64,000 nt of DNA from Octopus vulgaris (Eukaryota): the NCBI GenBank assembly GCA_951406725.2, contig OX597840.1, positions 16,802,001-16,866,000 on the forward strand, written 5' to 3'. Below the pieces are notes generated by a model. The model saw nothing but the letters and a program-made list of their open reading frames with translations, did not search any database and had not been told where the DNA came from. Both the position numbers and the translations under genes were made by a program. Within the stretch, counting starts at the first letter, position 1. Every line of letters begins with the position of its first letter. Shown here in pieces: positions 54,303 through 64,000 of this stretch.

Positions 54303-54614
54303 CGTGTGCCTGTGTATGTTTGCTCAAATATGAATGTATGTACGTTAAGTAAACGGTTTGTATATGATATTAACTATATGTACGCATGTTTAAATGAAAG
54401 ACGGTTCTGTAACTGTTGTGTGTGAAATTTAAAGTTTGTGTCTATGAAAATGCGACCCCGCGCGTGTGTGTGATTAATAGTTTGTGTTTATGAGTGAAGT
54501 TAACAGCGTAAGTATTTGATCGACGGAGGGCGGTATTGTATTTTTTATTACTCTCCAAAATCAATGTATCGTTATAAAATCTCATCTTTGAACAAGTGGC
54601 AATGTTGTCTGATC

Positions 54615-54715
<101 letters not shown>

Positions 54716-54734
54716 CTATATATATATATATATA

Positions 54735-54838
<104 letters not shown>

Positions 54839-55181
54839 CCTATACATACATACATATATATATATATGAAAAAATTGAGAAGTAATCATTATTTAATCAT
54901 CTTACGCACGTTTCGGATATATTGACAGCTCTCTGTCACTCTCTCTCTCTCGCCCTCGCTCTCTCTCATATATATATTTATATAAAACTGAAAATTATAC
55001 TTTAATCATCTTACGCACGTTTCAGATAGATTTACAAACTTCAAAATTCTGCGATGCGGCAATCATGCATGTTAATCGATCGCCTATTTGATCCACTAAG
55101 TTTCTCCAGAGATTTTGCTTTTTTTGTCTTTTTTCAGTCGCCAGACTGCAGCCATGCAGTAGTGGGGGACAAATACACACG

Positions 55182-55218
<37 letters not shown>

Positions 55219-55961
55219 TGTTATGAGCTGGAACCATAACAGATGACACTTGTCCAAGGCACCATAGAGTGGGACTGATCGAAGAACTATGTGGTCGGGA
55301 TGCAAACCTCTTACTACATAGCCACTCATGAGCCTTTAAGATGAATTTAACACCACTATGGTCTAATCAGAGATATACCACGCTACTTGGAAACACTTTA
55401 GAAAGATAGATTGTGGTAAACCCAAAATATTTCTCTAGTATAAGGGGTAGGGAGGTATTTCAGAGATATAGGAATTTTACTTTGGTCAAATCATGATAGA
55501 ATTGTAACGTAGTTTCTTTAATCCGGTCCGGAAATGTGAGGAGTGTTTATGGCAAAATTCAAATTCCCATTTAGAATATTAGTGACCAGTTCAGATACAC
55601 AGAGTTTCTGCATGTATGTAGAACCAAGCTATTCCGTGGAAATATTATTTAGGACAAGATAGAAATGACAGTTGATCAGTATTAATTCTATGAGTAGAAG
55701 ATAGGTTAAGTTGATGAAAATTCTAAAGGAAAATAACCATTATTCACTTAGGAAGATGTTCTACTTCAAAAAGTTTGTTTTATTGGCAGAATAAATATCT
55801 AAAAATTAAAATAATTGTAATATGATTAAAATAGAGGTAAAAAATAATAAATAATCAATAAAAATATCTAATTACGAATATACAAATTATGTATAATTAC
55901 AGAATTTGGAAAATATTTAAATAACAATAATATTGATAAAAACAATAACAACAACAATAAG

Positions 55962-56497
55962 CAGGCAGTGTCTCTCATGGTTTTTTATCTTAACCGATTG
56001 GAAGTGTTATCATGTACATGTCTTGTCTTGGTATAAAAGATGGGCTGCAGCAAATATTCTGCTCAATACCACAGATTTGCTTGTCAGTTGTTTGACCTTA
56101 ACCAGTAGAGTATGTCCCTTGGTGGCTGACGATATGTGCATCTCTGATCATGAGCAGAAGTGGGAAAGAATTATAGCCATGTTTTGAGAGAAATTTTTTG
56201 GAGTTTGAATAATTCACTTCTGGAAACATAGGTATTTCGTTCATCATCTTTTAACAAACCTTATTCAGGGACCTATTGGGTGGGATGGGCCACTCGACAT
56301 GAAGAAACTTCTAACGGGGTCCCACCTGCAAGGTCAGGCGTTGTTTATCTTAATATGAGATCGCCATGTCTCGCGCATATGGCTGTGATGCATGTGCCTG
56401 ATGTACCCTTATCAGATGGGTAGTCATGATGGGTATACTGGGCTTCGTATATTTGTATCCCAGTGTCACTTTGAGGGTATTCGCTTCTCTCTCTCAA
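55962..56497 (+). mobile_element. 540-bp R4-associated non-autonomous element, copy 1
   Basis: Starts CAGGCAGTG and ends CTCTC-(AAT)n. Confidence 0.85.
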
Positions 56498-56501
56498 TAA
56501 A

Positions 56502-56586
<85 letters not shown>

Positions 56587-56587
<1 letters not shown>

Positions 56588-57127
56588 AGGCAGTGGCTCT
56601 CATGGCTTCTTATCTTAACTAATTAGAAGTGTTATCATGTACATTGTTTTGTCTTGGTATAAAAGATGGGCTACAGCAAATATTCTGCTCAATACCACAG
56701 ATTTGCTTGTCAGTTGTTTGACCGTAACCAGTTGACCATGTCCCTTAGTGGCTGACGATATGTGCATCTCTGATCACGAGCAGAAGTAGTGGGGGAGCAT
56801 CATAGCCATGTGTTGAGAGGGATTCTTTGGGATTTGAATAATTCACCTCTGGAAACATGGGTGTTTCGTTCAACATCCTTAAAGGACCCTTATTCAGGGA
56901 CCTTTTGAGCGGGATGGGCTACTCGGCCTGAAGAAAATTCTAACTGGGCCCCACCTGCAAGGTCATGTGCTGTTTATCTTGATATGAGGTCACCATGTCT
57001 CGCACATATGGTTGTGATGCATGTGCCTGGTGTACCCTTATCAGACGGGTAGTAATGATGGGTATACTGGGCTTCGTATATTTTACCCCAGTGTCACTTT
57101 GATGGCATGAACTGCTCTCTCACTCAA
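56587..57127 (+). mobile_element. 540-bp R4-associated non-autonomous element, copy 2
   Basis: Same ends as copy 1, in tandem across (AAT)n. Confidence 0.85.
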
Positions 57128-57142
57128 TAATAATAATAATAT

Positions 57143-57340
57143 CATGAAAGAAAAAGAAAAGATTGATAAATATGGAGATCTGAGAACTGAGTTCGGCAAG
57201 ATGTGATAGCTACGAGAATGAAACAAGGTTGTCTCTGTTGTCGGAAACTTTAGAAATACCTTACAATCTTGGTGTATTGCAAACAGCGGCATTACTTAGA
57301 ACTGCACGCATATTGCGTAAAGAACCATCAGTCTGAGGTC
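57143..57340 (+). pseudogene. RLE LINE extreme C-terminal fragment
   Basis: EKEKIDKYGDLRTEFGKM*..LQTAALLRTARILRK. Confidence 0.7.
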
Positions 57341-57550
57341 TAGTATATTTACTGTATTCAGCGCAGCTATTGTTATTTAGTAGATACAATAATATTTATT
57401 TTATGTAATTATTTCAGTTATAGATTTCTAATTATTATTATTATTTAAGACGTTGCCCAGTATCCAATATCGTGATGTTGTTGATTGAAGATATTGTGTG
57501 TACCGGGGGCTTGCACTGTCTGTCAAGACACACAAATACATCCATCCATC

Positions 57551-57625
<75 letters not shown>

Positions 57626-57627
<2 letters not shown>

Positions 57628-57790
57628 TATGGACTTCTTTCAGTTTCCCTCTACCAACTCCACTCATAAGGCTTTGGTAAGCCCGAGGCTATAGTAGAAG
57701 ACACTTGCCTAAGATGCCACGCAGTAGGACTGAACCCGGAACCATGTAGTTGGGAAGCAAGTTTCTTACTATACAGCCACTTCTGTACCT
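57626..57790 (-). mobile_element. SINE family A head
   Basis: Reverse complement of 52618-52780; other heads at 49685-49830, 55240-55325, 31288-31458, 1900-2045. Confidence 0.8.
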
Positions 57791-58246
57791 TGCATAACTT
57801 TCATCTTCTATGACTTTCATCTCCCCTGACTTTCATCCTCTATGTTCCTGCTGTAAGGCTTCACTTCCACACACGACAGCTTAATTTAATTCATCCTTAG
57901 TCGAAAGACACCTCTTGTTAATATCCTGTTGCTTGTATTTGTAATTGTGTACCATTTCGCCATTCTTTTTTCTTTTTTCGTCCTTGTTTTTCTATACATT
58001 CGCTTGCTTTCTTCCAAAGAATCTAGTGCTCATAGCTTAGATTTTCTTGGGGCCACCCAGATTAGAGCAGTCTCGAGATTAACCGGCCAAAACTGCAAAG
58101 ACGTTCTGCTTCTCGACTGATGATTGAATGCTCTCCTTTTTTGTATCATCTAACCGTCCGAATGTTTTATTGTCGTCTGTTATGTTCTTGTTCCATTTTT
58201 AAAAAATTTTATAAATACATACATACATACATACATACATACTTAG

Positions 58247-58640
<394 letters not shown>

Positions 58641-58660
58641 GGACTTCTATATCGGCCGAA

Positions 58661-58695
<35 letters not shown>

Positions 58696-58699
<4 letters not shown>

Positions 58700-59048
58700 T
58701 CCGGTAGATCCTCCATCTGAAGTGATTCGACAGAGTGTCAAACATCGACCTGTGGGAAAGGGCGAAATAGGAGCCCATACATGTTCAGATTAGACGGACG
58801 AAATGGAGATGAATTGGGGACACACTGCGGAATGAACCCTCGAATGTGACATGACAAGCACTTGACTGGAACCCGCCGGGGAAAAGGAAGTGAGGACGCC
58901 CGAAGCAGAAACAAAAGCGGAGCATTTTGGACGAGCTCAGGACCACAGGCCTGACATGGGAAGCAGCCAAGAAACACACCAATGACTGCAAAAAGTGGAG
59001 AACACTTGTTGAGGCCCTATGCTTCACAAGGGGCAAAAAGGATTAAGA
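58696..59048 (+). pseudogene. RTE-clade LINE 3' end
   Basis: RVSNIDLWER..QALDWNPPGKRK*GRPK..WRTLVEALCFTRG. Confidence 0.85.
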
Positions 59049-59312
59049 AGATATATGCATATACATGTATCTTTATATATATATGTCTCAGTCTGTCTGT
59101 CTAACTGCATGTGTTGTATATTTACGTGTTGTGTTATTTTAAACACACATACACACACAGACACACATACATATATATATATATATACGTCTATATTATG
59201 TGTGTAAGCATGTATGCATATCTATGTGATGTATGAATAGAATATGTATGTATTGAATTATCTTGGTATGTAGTTAATACATATATTTATATTTATTGCA
59301 TATATGTATGTA

Positions 59313-59353
<41 letters not shown>

Positions 59354-59383
59354 GATGTATATATGTGCCTGTGTGTGTATGTA

Positions 59384-59425
<42 letters not shown>

Positions 59426-59640
59426 GAGAGAGCGAGCGCGCGCGAGAGAGAAAGAGAGAGAAGGAAAAGAAGAGGGAGGGAGAGATCGATAAATATAGAG
59501 ATATAGAGATATGTATGTTTGTATAAGTATATTTATCTACACACATACACACACACACGCACACACACATACACATCAGCTTACCAATTTGTTCCAGTCA
59601 CTTTGTTTTCTTCAGAGCTATTATCTTCCATCATATAATC

Positions 59641-59672
<32 letters not shown>

Positions 59673-59770
59673 TGTAGTATATGCGTGAATGTGTGTGTAG
59701 ACGCATTCACACGAGATTATATAGGCCAAAGACCATATGTCTATAGATTGACGCGTGAATCTCTCTATCT

Positions 59771-59806
<36 letters not shown>

Positions 59807-61540
59807 CACTAAGTTAGTTACTCGTGTGTGTGTGTGTGCGTGTGTGTGTGTGTGTGTGTATCAATGCATCATCGAAACTATTCAATTCTGCTAGAGACAT
59901 TAAATCATTTTATGTATTTCTCGACATAATTGTATTTAATCTCCATTTTAGAAGCTGCTAACATCTCCCTCCTATCACCTCTTTCCCCTACCACCACCAC
60001 TACCCTCTCTCTCTCTCTCTCTCTCTCTCTAATCTACCTACCTCTACTCTTTCATCTCCCCCCCCCCTTTGCATTGATTAGCCGGCGCCATCATGTCTTT
60101 TCAACGGAAATAATGCTACAGCTTTTGTACTTATTGTTGTTATTATTGTTGTTATTGTTGTTGTTGTTGTTGTTGCTTTTCTTCTTCTTCTTCTTCTTCT
60201 TCTTCTTCTTCTTCTGTTTCTTCTTCTTCTTCTTCTTCTTCTTCGCCTTCTTCTTCTTCTCTTTCTTTTTCTCTTTCATGTTTACCTTGGTTTGTTTCCT
60301 CCTCCTCCTCCTCCTTCTCCTCCTCTACTTCTTTTCCTTGTTGCTATTTCCACTGACACCGTTGTTGTCATCGTCGTCGTCGTCTTAATCGTTGTTATCG
60401 TTTAATCTTAGGACACCTTTGATCCAAAAAACTACCTCTGATCATAAGCGTTCCAACCGTGTCGACCTATAGTAAAATTACATTCAATATTTTCTTCCTG
60501 TTTTGAATCTGGTAGTAAGATGTTATTTTATGAGGAAGATTTTGGTGCTATTTCTAACAAGGTACTCTTCAATGGATACTCGTTTAATGCTGTCTATGTT
60601 GTTGCTAATACTCCAATCCCAGGCCGTGTATTCAAATGTCCACCAAGCGGGACCATCTTCTCTTATATCTTGGTATAAATCTATTTTGAACTAGATTATA
60701 GACAAGTTAGACTGACTTTTCTGTATGTCTGGATGTTCTTGTTTAGCAGAAATTCGAACAAAAACGTTCCAAGCGTGGCCATCCTGTCTTTTATGAATAT
60801 AGGAACTACAGTGTTCAAAGCATCTTTTATTTAATATGAAAGGGTATGATCCCGGGAGAAGAGGGGATTGGCCGCTGTTTCTAGCGTCTGATGTGAGCAC
60901 AAAGAAACATCTCTTTATAACTCAGTAAGGGTGGGCCAAGATAGACTGGTGTTGTTACATCTCTTTATGTTCTAGCGGTGAAACAGCGGAGGTCAAGTAC
61001 AGTTGTCAAGTACACTTGTTGTTGTTGTTATTGCAGTTGTTGTTATTGTGGTGGTGATGGTGGTGATGGAGGTTTTTGTTTAACTCCAAGTCCACAACCC
61101 TGATCATACAGACCGATAATCAAAGACATTCCAAGCATAGTCCACAAACATATCTTTTACCCACGTGCAGGAAATCAAGGATCACGTTATCCAACAACTC
61201 TTTCTCTAATATTGGCGGAGTGTGATTTGAAGGAGGTTTAACGGCTATTTCTAGCAGGTTAGACGACCATGCAGAAATTCCTTCGCAGGAGCTCACTATA
61301 AGCTTGTACTGTATGATGGTGATGGTGATGGTGGTGGTGGTGGTGGTGGTGGTAACGGGTTTCAGCCGTTTGATATGATACAATGGAGGAAGTGGATTGT
61401 TATCATGTGTTTGTAAGTTGATGTTGGAATCGCGGCTGAGGTGAGCAAAGTAGAATATTTTTACAATTGCATATTTCTGAGATGAGGAATTTTATATTGT
61501 ATATTAGTCGGGGTGGTGTTCTCATCTCAATTGTTACTTT

Positions 61541-61662
61541 CTCTACGTTTCAGCCTTCTTCAGGTGTCTTGTGATTCACCTTAGTGCCCTACCTGGGATT
61601 GAACCCAGAATCTCTAGGTGACCGCACTGCATTAACCAGCGCTTTTATCTATTTTGCTAGCG
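61541..61662 (-). other. tRNA-like Pol III head followed by a degenerate hammerhead core
   Basis: Minus strand: TAGCAAAATAGATAAAAGCG..GGGTTCAATCCC, then CAC CTGAAGA AGGCT GAAACGT A. Confidence 0.4.
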
Positions 61663-62394
61663 TAGTGTTCATTTTCTGCGGGGGAAACTAAAGGATCTAA
61701 CAAGTTGGGGGTTGCTTTTCATATGAGGGCTTCAGAAAGAAAAGGGAAGACATCTGCTTTGCCTCAGCAGTAGCGTTACTAGAGTGTGTAAGCCGCCCGG
61801 GGTCAGGCTGAGTTTACAGCATCCTCCACCCACTCCCGCTGCCTATACAAGCTTATACAAGAAAACCCATAGAAGCCGCACCCATAAAAGCGTCGCCCGA
61901 GGAGGTTACTAGGCTTAAGCCCAAGGAATATTACGACGGGGTTTCAACTCAAAGAACATCACCACGTGTTTAGGAACGGATTCAGGTAAGACAGAGTTGT
62001 GTTTAGGTAAGATCGTGTCCGTTTAAGTAAAACAGGATTGTTATTGGAACACCATGGAATCTCATTCACAACATAAAATACAATCTATGAACATATTCTA
62101 TGACAAATTAAAATATATCTTATTAATTGTTCATGTTGGGATTTTAACTGGTTCATTTGTTTTTAGTTTTGTGTCAGATTTTTATAGTTTTTCTCAATTA
62201 TTTATTCCCTTTTTCTTCTTGTATTTTTAAAATTTACATCCGGGACTATTTAGTCCAATCACAGTGCGTCGTTTTTTAAGAGACAACAGTTGGATTTGAG
62301 CCATGTTGGAGGAAAGACTATATTTATATGGCAAGTCAAAAGATCTAAGATAGATATTAATGATTATGTCTCAATGTCTCTGAACGATATGCAA

Positions 62395-62692
62395 ACATAC
62401 ATACATACATACATACATACATACATACATACATACATACATACATACACACATACATACATAACATATATACACACACACATACATACACATACATACA
62501 TACATACATACATACATACATACATACATAAATACATACATACATACATACATACATACATTCATACATACACACACACACTTACATTCATGTATACATA
62601 CCTTCATTCATACATACATACATACATTCATGCATATACATCCATCCATCCATCCATCCATCCATCCATCCATCCATGCATACATACATACA

Positions 62693-62722
<30 letters not shown>
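62395..62722. repeat. (CATA)n/(CATC)n microsatellite
   Basis: Direct repeat. Confidence 0.95.
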
Positions 62723-62723
<1 letters not shown>

Positions 62724-63849
62724 GAGTATGTAGATGGTAAGCTTTCTATCAAACTTGACATGGATGTATTGTTAGAGCACCGAGCACTGTGCTGTATACC
62801 TATATTTTGCATTGGTCTGCCTGTGCATACACGTGTGTATTTATGTTTATAAATTTGGATTGCGTACTGGCGTTCTCACATAAAATGATTAAGAAACTAA
62901 TTCCTGTAGAATGCATTTTCTTGCAAAGATCCCAGGAATAATGCGAGGAGGACAACAATTAAGATTTCTCTTTAAGTCACCTTCCATGGTGTTTATATTT
63001 AGTTAGATATCCTGAAATCTCGTACAGTCTCGCGTAACTTTGTGTCTTCACATCCAAAATGAAGGAGAATACCAACGTTCCCACGTGTCAGGCCGGATAA
63101 TGGTCAAAAAATTCCACTTTACATGAAACAACCATTTATTGCCTTGGTAACCCACAAATAACGTTACTCTGAGTAACAGCTTTTGTTATATTTCTGCTGC
63201 TTTTAAATCAATCATATTACTCTACCTCTGGTATTTGAGTACTCTTTTCCCACCTTGTTTCACATTTATGTCCTTACTCCGGTATATATATATCAATATC
63301 AATAAATCTGAAATGCGAAAAGTTTGTTTGTATGGTTTTGTCATTGGAACGGGTTAAAGGCCACTAGATCCTGTCGGATTGACTCCAAAATTTACAGGGA
63401 CATGTAAAATAAGGTGAGGATGTGAGAGGGCTAGCTTAGAAATCCCTATCTTTAAAAGTGTCATTACTAGGGCAAAAAACGCACACTTTGACAAGTCTCC
63501 TCTCATTCTCTTATCTGCATGTCTTCCTCTGTCTCTCTCTGTTTCCTCCCTTCCCATCACTTTCTCTCTATAACGACGTTTGACAGATACTACTATCTTT
63601 CCCTACCGCCTTCGCCAGCGCTGTCCCTCTTTCCCTCATCACCCCCCTCTCTCTCTCTGTACGTCTGTGTGCATTCATAGAGAGAATTATTATCGCCACC
63701 ACCACTACCACACAATCATTCGAACAAATATTATGAATCAGATATTTATTGGGTTAATTTATATATGTGTCTGTGTGTGTGTGCGTGCGTCTGTATCTAT
63801 TTATAAATATGTATATATAATGTATATATATACAAAGTGTATTTATATG

Positions 63850-63899
<50 letters not shown>

Positions 63900-64000
63900 G
63901 TATACATTTGTATATATAATGCGTACACACACACACACACACACACACATACACACACATATATATAATGTGTATATATGTACATATATATATTTAATGC

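Noticed and set aside
56753-56790. CTGACGA in the 540-bp element
   Set aside because: Followed by GAAG, with no stem I or stem III pairing
63290-63420. Possible Helitron-like 5' end
   Set aside because: No 3' hairpin or CTRR end located; resemblance too weak to call

Overview
Eukaryotic, AT-rich, non-coding DNA saturated with microsatellites. The SINE families and (TA)n/(CA)n/(TATC)n/(AAT)n load suggest a coleoid cephalopod, probably Octopus (inference). No intact host gene is recognisable, and almost all ORF-track entries are simple-repeat artefacts. The window holds decayed transposons: a mariner, a DD37D maT element, mariner MITEs, a near-full-length R4/Dong-type LINE plus many fragments, RTE fragments, a Penelope-like (PLE) RT/GIY-YIG pseudogene and three tRNA-SINE families. 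The main result is about 10 complete or near-complete hammerhead-ribozyme (HHR) cores from about 8 unrelated sequence families, plus several half or degenerate cores. Most are type I with a short palindromic stem III and lie in short PLE-like islands inside or beside (TA)n tracts. They include a compensatory G3:C8 core variant, long-stem-II forms, two inverted repeats with one ribozyme on each strand, a possible type II permutation and a tRNA-head+HHR unit. An old dispersed repeat also has an HDV-ribozyme-like 5' architecture. All folds were read by eye and none has been tested.
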